Positions 9,422-19,754 of a stretch of 32,000 nt of DNA are shown here, piece after piece. Under the pieces are notes generated by a model. It saw only the letters and a list, made by a program, of their open reading frames with translations, made no database searches and was not told where the DNA came from. The position numbers were made by a program, and so were the translations under genes. Position 1 is the first letter of the stretch; each line of letters starts with the position of its first letter. The stretch is from Prochlorococcus marinus subsp. pastoris str. CCMP1986. Its GTDB lineage: Bacteria; Cyanobacteriota; Cyanobacteriia; PCC-6307; Cyanobiaceae. The stretch spans positions 150,001 through 182,000 of the forward strand of contig NC_005072.1 of NCBI RefSeq assembly GCF_000011465.1. Reading direction: 5' to 3'.

Positions 9422-10666
9422 TTAATCAATATTCAAAGATGATGCGACAGTATTAACATCCTTATCTCCTCTACCAGAACAATTAATTACTATTTCAGTA
9501 TCTTTATCCAAGGTAGGACATAATTTTTCTAACCATGCAAAGGCATGAGCTGTTTCGAGTGCAGGGATAATTCCTTCTAGTTCACTGACTAGTTTCAAAG
9601 CGTCTAAAGCTTCTGCATCAGTAACAGACCCATATTCTGCTCTCCCTATATCTTTTAAATAACTATGTTCAGGACCTACCCCAGGATAATCAAGACCTGC
9701 GCTTATAGAATGCGCTTCTTGTACTTGACCATCCTTATCTTGTAAAAGAAGACTCATTGACCCATGTAAAATTCCTACGGATCCTTTAGTAATAGTCGCG
9801 GCATGTTTTTCAGTATTGACTCCACTCCCTGCCGCTTCAACTCCAATAAGTCGAACTGATTTTTCTTTTACGAAAGGATGAAAAAGACCCATTGCATTTG
9901 ATCCTCCACCTACGCAAGCAAGCAAAATATCAGGTAAAGATCCAAATGATTCTAGACATTGTTTTTTTGCTTCTTCTCCTATAACTGCATGAAAATCTCT
10001 TACGATCATTGGAAATGGGTGTGGCCCTGCAACTGACCCCAAAATATAGTGCGTTGTTTCTACATTTGATACCCAATCCCTGATTGCTTCACTAGTTGCG
10101 TCTTTGAGAGTCGCAGTACCTGAAGTAACAACTTTAACTTCTGCGCCTAAAAGTTTCATCCGAAAGACATTTAATGATTGTCTTTTTATATCTTCTGCCC
10201 CCATGTAGATAATGCATTGCAAACCAAATCTCGCGCATACAGTAGCAGTAGCAACTCCGTGTTGCCCAGCCCCTGTTTCTGCAATTATTCTTTGTTTACC
10301 CATTCTTATCGCTAATAAAGCTTGACCTAATGCATTATTGATTTTGTGAGCACCAGTATGATTTAGGTCTTCTCTTTTGAGCCATATCCTGCTGGTAGAT
10401 GTTTTTGTCTGGTAATGTTCAGTAAGTCTTTTAGCCTCATATAGTGGGGTCTCTCTTCCTACATAAGTTTTCAGCAAATGATTTAATTCATTAACAAATT
10501 GTTTATCTTTCCATGCATCAGAAGCTGCTTCTTCCAGTTCAAAAAGAGCTGGCATTAATGTTTCAGGGACATATTGACCTCCATATTTTCCAAATCTTCC
10601 TTCTTTTGAAGGTTGATTTAAATCATCATTATTATTTTGATCCTGACGAGAAATTGTACTTACCAA
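9422..10666 (-). CDS. trpB: Tryptophan synthase beta chain
   Basis: 414 aa; [81 protein letters not shown]. Confidence 0.97.
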   Translation of the reverse strand: MVSTISRQDQNNNDDLNQPSKEGRFGKYGGQYVPETLMPALFELEEAASDAWKDKQFVNELNHLLKTYVGRETPLYEAKRLTEHYQTKTSTSRIWLKREDLNHTGAHKINNALGQALLAIRMGKQRIIAETGAGQHGVATATVCARFGLQCIIYMGAEDIKRQSLNVFRMKLLGAEVKVVTSGTATLKDATSEAIRDWVSNVETTHYILGSVAGPHPFPMIVRDFHAVIGEEAKKQCLESFGSLPDILLACVGGGSNAMGLFHPFVKEKSVRLIGVEAAGSGVNTEKHAATITKGSVGILHGSMSLLLQDKDGQVQEAHSISAGLDYPGVGPEHSYLKDIGRAEYGSVTDAEALDALKLVSELEGIIPALETAHAFAWLEKLCPTLDKDTEIVINCSGRGDKDVNTVASSLNID

Positions 10667-10713
10667 TTTTTTATAGTATAAGTATGAACTAACTATAGAT
10701 TATATAAAAAATA

Positions 10714-11025
10714 ATGGGAAAAAAAAATTGGATTGAATTTGATAATCAGGAAAATATTTATAAAGAAAAATCTAAAGAAGAGAATTTTCAAAAAATATCA
10801 AAAATAAATATCTCAAAACAAAAAAAAGGTAAAAAAGGAAAAACTATTACTTTGATAAAAGGTTTATCTATTGGAAATGAAATTGAAGTTAAGGAATTAC
10901 TAAAAAAAATGAAAGTGTTTTGTGGTACTGGAGGAACTTTAATAGGTGAAGATATTCAATTACAAGGTGATATGGTAATCAAATCAATTGAGTTTCTTCG
11001 CAAAGAAGGATTTCAAAATTTATGA
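10714..11025 (+). CDS. SUI1/eIF1-family protein (putative translation initiation factor)
   Basis: 103 aa; C-terminal SUI1 pattern EVKELLKKMKVFCGTGGTLIGEDIQLQGDMVIKSIEFLRKEGF. Confidence 0.84.
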   Translation: MGKKNWIEFDNQENIYKEKSKEENFQKISKINISKQKKGKKGKTITLIKGLSIGNEIEVKELLKKMKVFCGTGGTLIGEDIQLQGDMVIKSIEFLRKEGFQNL

Positions 11026-11068
11026 GTCAAGAGTTAAAATAGATTTCTACTTTTAGAAACATAAAAAG

Positions 11069-11695
11069 ATGACGGAACTTAATCAAAAAAATTCAGGAAA
11101 AAATATAAAATGGCACAATTTAACTATTGATAGAAATAAGTTAGAAAAAATGAGAGGACATAAAGGAATGGTAATTTGGTTTACAGGTTTATCAGGGTCT
11201 GGGAAAAGTACCTTAGCCAATGCTGTAAATGAGGTTTTACACTTGGATGGTTTTTCAACTTATGTATTAGACGGAGATAATATTAGACATGGTTTATGCA
11301 AGGATCTTGGATTTTCTGATGAAGATAGGGAAGAAAACATAAGAAGAATTGGAGAGGTAGCTAATTTATTTATGAATGCCGGAATCATAACTATTACAGC
11401 ATTTGTCTCCCCTTTTATTAGTGATAGAGATAAGGTTAGAAAAATTATTGGATCAAAGGATTTTATTGAAGTACATTGCGCTGCAGATATTGAAGTATGT
11501 GAGAGTAGAGATACTAAAGGTTTATATAAAAAGGCACGTTTAGGAGAAATTAAAGAATTTACCGGTATATCTAGTCCATATGAAGCACCTGTAAATCCAG
11601 AAATAGTTGTTGATACAGGTTCCTTAGGTTTAAATGACTCTGTTGAAAAAGTTATTAATCATCTTAGAGAACAGAATTTGCTTGAAAGATCTTAA
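11069..11695 (+). CDS. cysC: Adenylylsulfate (APS) kinase
   Basis: 208 aa; P-loop VIWFTGLSGSGKSTLANAV, YVLDGDNIRHGLCKDLGFSDEDREENIRRIGEVA. Confidence 0.94.
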   Translation: MTELNQKNSGKNIKWHNLTIDRNKLEKMRGHKGMVIWFTGLSGSGKSTLANAVNEVLHLDGFSTYVLDGDNIRHGLCKDLGFSDEDREENIRRIGEVANLFMNAGIITITAFVSPFISDRDKVRKIIGSKDFIEVHCAADIEVCESRDTKGLYKKARLGEIKEFTGISSPYEAPVNPEIVVDTGSLGLNDSVEKVINHLREQNLLERS

Positions 11696-11710
11696 TTTAT
11701 AAAAAACCAT

Positions 11711-12247
11711 TTAGTCAGTTTTCAGATAATTATCAGCCCCTAGAGCAGACAATTTACTATTTTTAGTTCTTACTTGTGTATGCAGATTCTCTCTAAATTT
11801 TTTCATTTTTAATCTTAATGCTTCATCAAATAAACTAAGGATTTGAATTGCTAATAAACCAGCATTTTTTGCACCGTTTATGGCTACTGTTGCTACAGGA
11901 ATACCCGCAGGCATTTGCACTATTGATAATAGGGAGTCAATTCCTTTCAGGGTTTTACTCTCCACCGGTACACCTATGACAGGTATGCATGTTAGCGAAG
12001 CTATCATGCCAGGCAGGTGAGCAGCTCCACCGGCTCCTGCGATAATAACTTTTATGTTTTCTGATTCTGCTTTTTTTGCATATTCCATCATTTCCATTGG
12101 CGTTCTATGCGCAGAAAGTATACAAACCTCAGTTTCTATTCCAAATTCGTTCAATATATCTATTGCAGGTTTCAATGTTTTTAGATCTGAATCACTTCCC
12201 ATTACTACAGCAATTTTATGAATATTGCTGGAATTAAATTCTGACAA
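11711..12247 (-). CDS. purE: 5-(carboxyamino)imidazole ribonucleotide mutase
   Basis: 178 aa; [73 protein letters not shown]. Confidence 0.94.
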   Translation of the reverse strand: MSEFNSSNIHKIAVVMGSDSDLKTLKPAIDILNEFGIETEVCILSAHRTPMEMMEYAKKAESENIKVIIAGAGGAAHLPGMIASLTCIPVIGVPVESKTLKGIDSLLSIVQMPAGIPVATVAINGAKNAGLLAIQILSLFDEALRLKMKKFRENLHTQVRTKNSKLSALGADNYLKTD

Positions 12248-12338
12248 AATAACAAATCAATTCTTTTCTTATAATGACGTGCAATTACTTGTGCGCTAGT
12301 TAGTTAGTATTAAAAAGACGAATTTTGTATGAATTGTT

Positions 12339-13040
12339 ATGACGTTTAATAAAAATCTCGAAAAAAGCGAAGTTAGGGAGTATTTCAATGGGACCGGTTT
12401 TGATCGATGGAGAAAAATTTATAGTAAATCAGAAGAAATCAATACAGTGCAGAAAAATATTAGAAAAGGTCATCAAAAGACTGTCGATGATGTCGTTTCA
12501 TACGTAAAAAATTATCCTGAATTAACAACTAAGACTTTTTGTGATGCTGGTTGTGGTGTGGGAAGTTTAGCTATTCCTTTACTAAGACTTGGTATTAAAG
12601 ATTTGCAGGTTAGTGACATATCTTCTGAAATGATTAATGAAACAAAGAAACGTATCAATGAATTAGGTTTAAGTCAAAGAAAAATTAAATTTTTAACTAG
12701 TGATCTTGAACAGTTAAAAGGGTTATTTGATGTTGTCATTTGTTTAGATGTATTTATTCATTACCCGCAACCAGTCGCTGAAGAAATGGTCAGACATTTA
12801 TGTGACTTAAGTAAAGAGAAGCTAATAGTTAGTTTTGCCCCTTATACACCAATATTGGCAGTGTTAAAGAATATTGGAAAGTTGTTTCCCGGGCCAAGTA
12901 AAACTACTAGAGCTTATACATTAAGAGAAAAAGGGATTATTAATGCTGCTAATGAAAAAGGTTTTATTGTAGTTCAAAAGAAATTAAATCAAGCTCCATT
13001 TTATTTTTCCAAATTAATTGAATTTAATAAAGTAAAATAA
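12339..13040 (+). CDS. chlM: Magnesium-protoporphyrin IX methyltransferase
   Basis: 233 aa; EVREYFNGTGFDRWRKIYS, SAM-binding FCDAGCGVGSLAIPLLRLG, SFAPYTPILAVLKNIGKLFPGPSKTTRAY. Confidence 0.93.
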   Translation: MTFNKNLEKSEVREYFNGTGFDRWRKIYSKSEEINTVQKNIRKGHQKTVDDVVSYVKNYPELTTKTFCDAGCGVGSLAIPLLRLGIKDLQVSDISSEMINETKKRINELGLSQRKIKFLTSDLEQLKGLFDVVICLDVFIHYPQPVAEEMVRHLCDLSKEKLIVSFAPYTPILAVLKNIGKLFPGPSKTTRAYTLREKGIINAANEKGFIVVQKKLNQAPFYFSKLIEFNKVK

Positions 13041-13049
13041 ATTACTTTA
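13028..13049. terminator. Weak candidate bidirectional hairpin between convergent chlM and response-regulator genes
   Basis: TAAAGTAA-AATAAA-TTACTTTA, perfect 8-bp inverted repeat spanning both gene ends; low GC and no clear U-tract, so function is speculative. Confidence 0.25.
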
Positions 13050-13770
13050 CTAGGTGATTCTCGAGTGCATAACGGACTAATTCGGTCCTGCTAGATGTAC
13101 TTGTTTTTATAAAAAGCCTACTTACATATTTTTCAACATTTCTAATAGAGGTTTCAAGTTGTCTGGCAATTTCTTTATTCATAAGACCTTCTGCTACGAG
13201 TTGAAGTACGCTTGCTTCTCTTGGCGTAAAACTTGGAATATCTATAGAATTTTCTTTATTGAGTGGATTCTGATCTGTAAGCATAGATTTTATTTCAGTG
13301 ATCTGTTTTGCCATTTTACTAACATCAATATCAGCAAATCGGGCTGCTTCTTTAAGTAATCGCTCTTGCCTATTAATTACATTTTTAACTCTTGCAGATA
13401 ATTCATCTGGATCAAAGGGTTTAGAAATATAATCATCAATACCTGCAAGATAACCTTGGGTTCTATCTAAAGTCATTCCCTTTGCTGTAAGAAAAATAAC
13501 TGGAGTACCTCCTAGCTTTTCATCTTCTCTTATTTTTTCTAATAAAGCATAACCATTTGATCTCGGCATCATAATATCGCTAATAATTAGATCTGGGAAA
13601 ATTGTTTGAGCTTTTTCCCATCCATCCTCTCCGTCAACAGCAATAAAAATTTCAAATCCTTCGTCTTCTAGAAATGTTTTTACAGCTGTTCTTAAACCAG
13701 GCTCATCATCTACCAATAATATTTTTGATTTTCTAATTGCTTCATTATTTATTTGATTAGTGTCATTCAT
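13042..13770 (-). CDS. Two-component response regulator, CheY-like receiver plus LuxR/NarL HTH
   Basis: 242 aa; KILLVDDEPGLRTAVKTFLEDEGFE, PDLIISDIMMPRSNGYALLEKIR, PVIFLTAKG, YISKPFDPDEL and TPREASVLQLVAEGLMNKEIARQLETSIRNVEKYVSRLFIKT. Confidence 0.92.
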   Translation of the reverse strand: MNDTNQINNEAIRKSKILLVDDEPGLRTAVKTFLEDEGFEIFIAVDGEDGWEKAQTIFPDLIISDIMMPRSNGYALLEKIREDEKLGGTPVIFLTAKGMTLDRTQGYLAGIDDYISKPFDPDELSARVKNVINRQERLLKEAARFADIDVSKMAKQITEIKSMLTDQNPLNKENSIDIPSFTPREASVLQLVAEGLMNKEIARQLETSIRNVEKYVSRLFIKTSTSSRTELVRYALENHLVK

Positions 13771-13826
13771 TTTTTTAATTTTGAATTAAATTTTCTTTAG
13801 CTTAAAAATAATTTTATATACTAAAT

Positions 13827-14975
13827 ATGATGCTTTCAACTCCCATACTACTAGATTATCAATCTTCAACCCCTTGTTTAGAGGAGGTTGTAAATTCTAT
13901 GGCACCTTATTGGAGTGAAATATTTTCTAACCCCTCGAGTAAATCAAATTTAGCAGGCATTAATGCAAGTGCCGTATTAGAAGTCTCAAGAGAAAAAATA
14001 CAAGAATATTTATTTCTAAAAAAAAAGAAAGTAATTTTTACTAGTGGAGCAACAGAATCTAATAATTTAGCTTTGCTAGGTTTTGCAAGGAGACATTTTA
14101 AAGAAACAGAACATTATGGTCATATTATTACTCTTAAAACTGAGCATAAAGCTGTTTTAGAGCCCCTAAATCAATTAAGAAAAGAGGGATTTCATATTAC
14201 TGAAATTAGTCCAGAAAAAGATGGTTTAGTTTCAGAAGAAAAATTTGTTAGCTGTATAAGAGATGATACATTTTTGGTAAGCATCATGATGGCAAATAAT
14301 GAAATAGGAGTTATTCAGCCTTTGAAGGAAATTTCAGAAATATGTGGTTCAAGGGATATAGTTCTCCATTCTGATTATGCACAATGTTTAGGTTTTCTGG
14401 AGTTTGATAGCCTTGACTCAGTGGCAAATATGTTAACAATAAGCTCCCATAAAATATATGGTCCTAAAGGGGTAGGAATACTTTTGATTGATAGAGATAT
14501 TGAGCTGCAGCCTTTAGTTTTAGGAGGAGGTCAAGAATTTGGTTTAAGATCCGGGACATTGCCATTACCCTTGATAGTAGGTTTTACTAAAGCAATAGAG
14601 ATAGCAGTTTTAAATCAAAAAAAGAATATCAATAAATTTCTTTTTTATAGAGATAAACTTTTGAAGGGATTATTAGGCAATAATTCTGGAGTTGAAATAA
14701 ATGGGTCAATGAAGGAAAGATTACCTCATAATTTGAATCTGACAGTACTTGATGTAAACGGTTCAAAATTGCATAAAAGTTTGAAATCTAAAATAATCTG
14801 TTCTAGTGGGTCAGCGTGTAGTAATGGTGTGCCTTCGCATGTATTACTAGCTCTAGGAAGATCTTTTAAAGAAGCAGAGGCTTCATTAAGATTAAGTATT
14901 GGTTTGATGACTACTAAAGAAGATATAGAAAAATCAATTGAGATCATTACAGATTCTATTAAATTATTACGCTGA
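13827..14975 (+). CDS. NifS/IscS-like PLP-dependent cysteine desulfurase
   Basis: 382 aa; ILLDYQSSTPCLEEVV, FTSGATESNNLALLGF, LTISSHKIYGPKGVGILLID, LRSGTLPLPLIVG, ICSSGSACSNG. Confidence 0.9.
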   Translation: MMLSTPILLDYQSSTPCLEEVVNSMAPYWSEIFSNPSSKSNLAGINASAVLEVSREKIQEYLFLKKKKVIFTSGATESNNLALLGFARRHFKETEHYGHIITLKTEHKAVLEPLNQLRKEGFHITEISPEKDGLVSEEKFVSCIRDDTFLVSIMMANNEIGVIQPLKEISEICGSRDIVLHSDYAQCLGFLEFDSLDSVANMLTISSHKIYGPKGVGILLIDRDIELQPLVLGGGQEFGLRSGTLPLPLIVGFTKAIEIAVLNQKKNINKFLFYRDKLLKGLLGNNSGVEINGSMKERLPHNLNLTVLDVNGSKLHKSLKSKIICSSGSACSNGVPSHVLLALGRSFKEAEASLRLSIGLMTTKEDIEKSIEIITDSIKLLR

Positions 14976-14983
14976 GATTTTAA

Positions 14984-15886
14984 TCATTTTAATTGAGCAA
15001 TTCTTAATTTTGCGCTTCGCGATCTTTTATTATTTTCAATTTCTTTTTCATTTGGTGTAATTGGTTTTTTTGTAAGATTTTTTAATCTTTCATCACCCTT
15101 AAAAGAATTTTTCACCAGCCGATCTTCTATTGAATGAAAGCTAATAATTGAAATTATTCCCCCAGGTAATAGCCAGTTTGGAGCAAGCTCTAAAAATCTT
15201 TCTAGTGCTTCGATTTCTTTATTTACAGCAATTCTTAGTGCCTGGAATGTTCTAGTCGCAGGATGAATTTTTCGATATCTTTGTTTGGGTGGGAAACAAC
15301 CAGCAATAGAATAAGCTAAATCTTTTGTACCCGAATATTTGCCTTTTTCTTGTAAATCTTTTTTGATTCTCCTAGAAATCTTTCGTGATAATCTTTCATC
15401 ACCAAATTTAAAAATTAAATCAGCCAGATCTTTTTCATTTAAAGTCTCAATTAAGTCCTCAGCATTCATCTCAAGTAACGGATTCATTCGCATATCTAAA
15501 GGCCCATCTTTTTGAAAACTAAATCCTCTTTGTGGATTATCTATCTGATTACTATTGACTCCAAGATCTGCTATTACAAAAGAAACTTTTTCTTTTGGCT
15601 CAAAGTTCGCAAAATTTGAGGGACATATTTCAATCCTCGATTTAAATTCTTCAAGTTTTATAAATGCTGACTGTCTTGCGAATGGATCGTGATCTAGTCC
15701 AATTATTTTTAAATCAGGATATTTTTTTAATAATTGATATGAGTGTCCACCACCACCTAAAGTTGCATCTATCGCTGTTAGTTTATTGTCTGATATTAAC
15801 GGATATTGATCTACAGAAACTAAAATTTCATCTGTCATCACTGACTTATGATTGAATAAAGATGAATCAGAAAGGTCAGTTTGCAT
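14984..15886 (-). CDS. rsmH: 16S rRNA (cytosine(1402)-N(4))-methyltransferase
   Basis: 300 aa; NHKSVMTDEILVSVD, DATLGGGGHSYQLLKK, FVIADLGVNSNQIDNPQRGFSFQKDGPLDMRMN, HPATRTFQALRIAVNKE, IISFHSIEDRLVK. Confidence 0.96.
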   Translation of the reverse strand: MQTDLSDSSLFNHKSVMTDEILVSVDQYPLISDNKLTAIDATLGGGGHSYQLLKKYPDLKIIGLDHDPFARQSAFIKLEEFKSRIEICPSNFANFEPKEKVSFVIADLGVNSNQIDNPQRGFSFQKDGPLDMRMNPLLEMNAEDLIETLNEKDLADLIFKFGDERLSRKISRRIKKDLQEKGKYSGTKDLAYSIAGCFPPKQRYRKIHPATRTFQALRIAVNKEIEALERFLELAPNWLLPGGIISIISFHSIEDRLVKNSFKGDERLKNLTKKPITPNEKEIENNKRSRSAKLRIAQLK

Positions 15887-15924
15887 AACTTTCTACTAAG
15901 ATTTAAATAGAGGTTAAATTATTA

Positions 15925-17112
15925 ATGGCTCAACTAGAGACTAGAACAGAACCGATGGTGGTCAACTTTGGCCCTCATCATCCATCTATGCATGGAGTTT
16001 TAAGGTTAGTTGTAACCCTTGACGGCGAGAACGTAATAGATTGTGAGCCCGTAATAGGATATTTGCATAGAGGCATGGAAAAGATAGCTGAAAACAGGAC
16101 AAACGTTATGTATGTACCTTATGTAAGCAGAATGGATTATGCAGCCGGAATGTTTTATGAAGCTATTGTAGTAAATGCACCAGAAAGATTGGCGAATATT
16201 GTTGTACCAAAAAGGGCCAGTTATATAAGAGTTCTAATGTTGGAGCTCAATAGAATTGCAAATCATCTTTTATGGCTAGGTCCATTTCTAGCAGATGTAG
16301 GAGCTCAAACTCCATTCTTTTATATCTTTAGAGAAAGAGAAATGATTTATGACCTTTGGGAAGCTGCTACTGGACAAAGATTGATAAATAATAATTTTTT
16401 TAGAATAGGAGGTGTAGCTTGTGATTTACCTTACGGATGGTTAGAAAAATGCATTGATTTTTGTGATTGGTTTGCTCCAAAGATTGATGAATATGAAAAA
16501 CTAATAACAAATAACCCTATATTCAAAAAACGAATTGAAGGTCTTGGAACCATAGAAAGAGATCAAGCAATTAATTGGTCACTTTCTGGACCAATGCTTA
16601 GGGCTTCTGGAGTCTCTTGGGATTTGAGAAAAGTTGATAGTTATGAATGTTATGACGATTTTGAATGGGAAATTGCTTCCGAAAAAGAAGGTGATTGTTA
16701 TGCCAGATATCGAGTAAGAGTTCAAGAAATGAGACAATCATTAAAAATTATTCGTCAAGCTTGCGAAATGATTCCTGGAGGCCCAACAGAAAATTTAGAA
16801 GCTAAACGCATGGCTACAGAGGATAAAAAAAGTGAAATATTTGGCATGGATTATCAATATGTAGCTAAGAAAGTTGCGCCTACTTTTAAGATCCCTAATG
16901 GAGAATTATATACAAGATTAGAATCTGGGAAAGGTGAAATAGGAGTTTTTATTCAAGGAAATAATGAAGTTACACCATGGAGATTTAAAATTAGAGCTGC
17001 TGATTTAAATAATCTTCAAATATTGCCTCATATTCTAAAGGGAGCAAAAATAGCTGATATTATGGCAATCCTTGGCTCAATAGACGTCATTATGGGTTCT
17101 GTAGACAGGTAA
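15925..17112 (+). CDS. ndhH: NAD(P)H-quinone oxidoreductase subunit H
   Basis: 395 aa; [48 protein letters not shown]-terminal [13 protein letters not shown]. Confidence 0.97.
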   Translation: MAQLETRTEPMVVNFGPHHPSMHGVLRLVVTLDGENVIDCEPVIGYLHRGMEKIAENRTNVMYVPYVSRMDYAAGMFYEAIVVNAPERLANIVVPKRASYIRVLMLELNRIANHLLWLGPFLADVGAQTPFFYIFREREMIYDLWEAATGQRLINNNFFRIGGVACDLPYGWLEKCIDFCDWFAPKIDEYEKLITNNPIFKKRIEGLGTIERDQAINWSLSGPMLRASGVSWDLRKVDSYECYDDFEWEIASEKEGDCYARYRVRVQEMRQSLKIIRQACEMIPGGPTENLEAKRMATEDKKSEIFGMDYQYVAKKVAPTFKIPNGELYTRLESGKGEIGVFIQGNNEVTPWRFKIRAADLNNLQILPHILKGAKIADIMAILGSIDVIMGSVDR

Positions 17113-17120
17113 ACCTTTTA

Positions 17121-17573
17121 ATGAAACCTAAAAATTGGTTGATTTTAAAAAGGAAAGTAAGGTTTGGTGATTGTGACTCTGCAGGAGTGATACATTTTCA
17201 CAACCTTTTAAGATGGGCTCATGAAAGTTGGGAAGAAAGTATAGATATATATGGTATTCCTCATCAGGATATTTTCCCCGATTCTAATTCCCATAAAAAT
17301 CAAATTATATGTCCCATAGTTAATTGCGAAGCCAATTTTTTATCACCTATTAAGATTGGCGATTTACTTTCAATTAAGATATTCCCCAAAAAAATTAATA
17401 ATCACTTATTTCAAGTAAATACATTTTTTTTAAAGGATGAAATTAATGTCGCTGAAGGAAAAATCATCCATTGTTCTTTAGATGTTGATTCAAAATTGAA
17501 AGTTAAATTACCTGATCAACTGGAGAGGTGGATAGAGGCTTCCAATATAAATACGAATTTAAAAGAGTGTTAA
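17121..17573 (+). CDS. Hotdog-fold thioesterase, probable 1,4-dihydroxy-2-naphthoyl-CoA hydrolase
   Basis: 150 aa; 4HBT-type [30 protein letters not shown]; adjacent to menE/menC/menA. Confidence 0.85.
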   Translation: MKPKNWLILKRKVRFGDCDSAGVIHFHNLLRWAHESWEESIDIYGIPHQDIFPDSNSHKNQIICPIVNCEANFLSPIKIGDLLSIKIFPKKINNHLFQVNTFFLKDEINVAEGKIIHCSLDVDSKLKVKLPDQLERWIEASNINTNLKEC

Positions 17574-17586
17574 TTATCATGAGTTA

Positions 17587-18804
17587 CTATTTTTCAAATA
17601 TGAAATTAGATTTTTTAATATAATTTGATTGATTTTTACCAATAATCCAAGCTTCAGGTCTCTCATGTCTTGGCCAATTTTTAGAAAAGTTTTTTAATAT
17701 TTTTAATGAATATTCAATATCTGTTTTAGAAGTTTGTTTTTTAAAATCAATGTTGATTTCAATTTTGTTTCCCCATTCTTTATTAGGTATATTAAAAATC
17801 TTAAAATTTTCTATTGGAATTTTTTCATTTAAGATAAATTTACTTAATCGTAATTTAATTACTTCTGGAAAAACTATTTCACCTCCAGAATTAAAAGCAT
17901 TATCTATTCTTCTAATAAATTTTAAATAAGAAGAATCATTCAGTTCTTGGATTTCTCCCAAATCACTGCTTTCCCACCAACCATTTTTATCTTTGAAATT
18001 TTTAGTTTTAGAAGCTTCAAGCAATTCAATTCCTATTCTTTCTGATTTGATTTGGATTAAACCCTTTTTACTAATTCTTAAATTTATATCACATAGTATT
18101 TCTCCAACATTATCAATCCCTTCTAAAAATTCCTTAGGTTTTAGGCTCGTAACCATGGCAGCAGTTTCAGTTGATCCGTAACAAGGTGCTAAATTTATTT
18201 TTTCTAGTCTGCACTTGCGAGAAGTTTCACTAGATATAGATGCACCACCAATCCAAATTAAATCAAAAATCTTTAACCAATTAACCCCATCTTTTTCAGA
18301 TAAAAGTCTTTTTAATTGTGTTGGAACTAATGATGTTATCAGGTGTTGATTTTCTTTTTTTATCTCATTAGTAAAGACTAATAATTCCTTGGTTTTTTTA
18401 ATTAATTTAGGAGAAATATTGATATGCTCACAACTCCATATTTTGCTTCTAAATAGTGGCATTAATCCACTGATATGATTCAAAGGTAAAGTATTAAAAA
18501 TTAAACAGTTTTGTAATTTAAATCCTTGCTTTTCAAGCCAAATTCCAGATGCCTTAGCAGAAGAATTAAGATTTTCTAAACTATGTATGCATTTTCTAGG
18601 CTTTCCACTACTGCCACTACTATTTAAGATAATTGCAGGTCCAGTTATATCTATAGTCTCTAATATTTCTTCAGTTGTATAAGATTTATTTTTTATATAG
18701 GATATTTTTTTATCGTTTATATTTTCAAGAATTTTTTTTATAGATTCTTTTTCATTATTTTCAACTTCAATAATATGAATTTTATTTTTCATAATTGATC
18801 CCAT
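17587..18804 (-). CDS. menE: O-succinylbenzoate--CoA ligase (AMP-binding family)
   Basis: 405 aa; NSSGSSGKPRKCIHS (A3-like), LIWIGGASISSET, NLAPCYGSTETAAMV; sits next to menC, start overlaps the menC 3' end by 16 nt. Confidence 0.82.
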   Translation of the reverse strand: MGSIMKNKIHIIEVENNEKESIKKILENINDKKISYIKNKSYTTEEILETIDITGPAIILNSSGSSGKPRKCIHSLENLNSSAKASGIWLEKQGFKLQNCLIFNTLPLNHISGLMPLFRSKIWSCEHINISPKLIKKTKELLVFTNEIKKENQHLITSLVPTQLKRLLSEKDGVNWLKIFDLIWIGGASISSETSRKCRLEKINLAPCYGSTETAAMVTSLKPKEFLEGIDNVGEILCDINLRISKKGLIQIKSERIGIELLEASKTKNFKDKNGWWESSDLGEIQELNDSSYLKFIRRIDNAFNSGGEIVFPEVIKLRLSKFILNEKIPIENFKIFNIPNKEWGNKIEINIDFKKQTSKTDIEYSLKILKNFSKNWPRHERPEAWIIGKNQSNYIKKSNFIFEK

Positions 18805-19754
18805 ATTTTTTGAGCATCATTTTGGAAAAGAAAAGAATTAGGATTTTTTTTTAAAGCCAATCCAGGAACTTTGGGAGTTAGTCCCAATAGCTGTAGAGAG
18901 GATAAATGAAAAAGCCATCTTCTGCCTATTCCTGTCTCGAAAGAAGTGCTTAAGGATCTAAAACCTTTTTTATCTTTTAACTCTTTTAAAAGTTGCATAG
19001 GATTTCTTTCTTGAGAAGGTCTGCGAATTTGCCAACCATCCCATTCATTAATCAAATATGGATATTTTAATAGTGATTCATCTAAAGCAATTGGCATCTT
19101 TTTATTAAGTTCTTTTAAACCCTCTATATCATCTTTAGAAAGAGGCTGTTCTAACCAATCTATATTTTCAATATCTTTCAAAATATCAACCCATCTATTA
19201 GCTGTTTCTCTTTCCCAAGAACCATTCGCATCTATTCTTAATTTTATATTACTTTTTAAATGATTTAGTATCTCTATTAGAGTTTTTTCTTCGGAGAAAT
19301 TATCTTGTATGCCTACTTTCCATTTAATAGTGAGTGATTTCTTGTTCAAAAGTTTATTACCTTTTAAGATTATTAATTCTTTAAGAGCGTTATGAGGATC
19401 TAAAAGTATAGCTGTTTGATCAATTTCATTAAAGTAATAATTTTCCTGAAAATTTATTTTTCTTTCAATTTCAGCTAATGCAGAGTTTATTGCTGATTGA
19501 ATGCACGGGTGAAAATTCTTTATTAACTCAGATATATTTTTTGAATTTACGTATTTGGGAATCTGATTTAATTGTATTTGACATGCATCTAAATCATGTT
19601 TTCTTAGCGGATTTACTTCTCCAAAACCAACTCCCTTTTCTATATTTTTTAATTTAATTATCCACCCTGATTTATAGTTATATGTTGTATTTGAATTATC
19701 CACTTTCGAAGATAATTTAAAGAAAAAAGATTTTTTTTTAAAAGTTAAGTTCAT
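18789..19754 (-). CDS. menC: o-Succinylbenzoate synthase (enolase superfamily)
   Basis: 321 aa; TIKWKVGI, LRIDANGSWERETANRW, DWLEQPLSKDD, PIALDESLL, STSFETGIGRRWLFHLSSL. Confidence 0.88.
   Translation of the reverse strand: MNLTFKKKSFFFKLSSKVDNSNTTYNYKSGWIIKLKNIEKGVGFGEVNPLRKHDLDACQIQLNQIPKYVNSKNISELIKNFHPCIQSAINSALAEIERKINFQENYYFNEIDQTAILLDPHNALKELIILKGNKLLNKKSLTIKWKVGIQDNFSEEKTLIEILNHLKSNIKLRIDANGSWERETANRWVDILKDIENIDWLEQPLSKDDIEGLKELNKKMPIALDESLLKYPYLINEWDGWQIRRPSQERNPMQLLKELKDKKGFRSLSTSFETGIGRRWLFHLSSLQLLGLTPKVPGLALKKNPNSFLFQNDAQKIWDQL

Noticed and set aside
13159-15855. ORFs 13159..13359 (+), 14726..14947 (-) and 15664..15855 (+)
   Set aside because: Each lies wholly antisense inside a confident gene (response regulator, cysteine desulfurase, rsmH).
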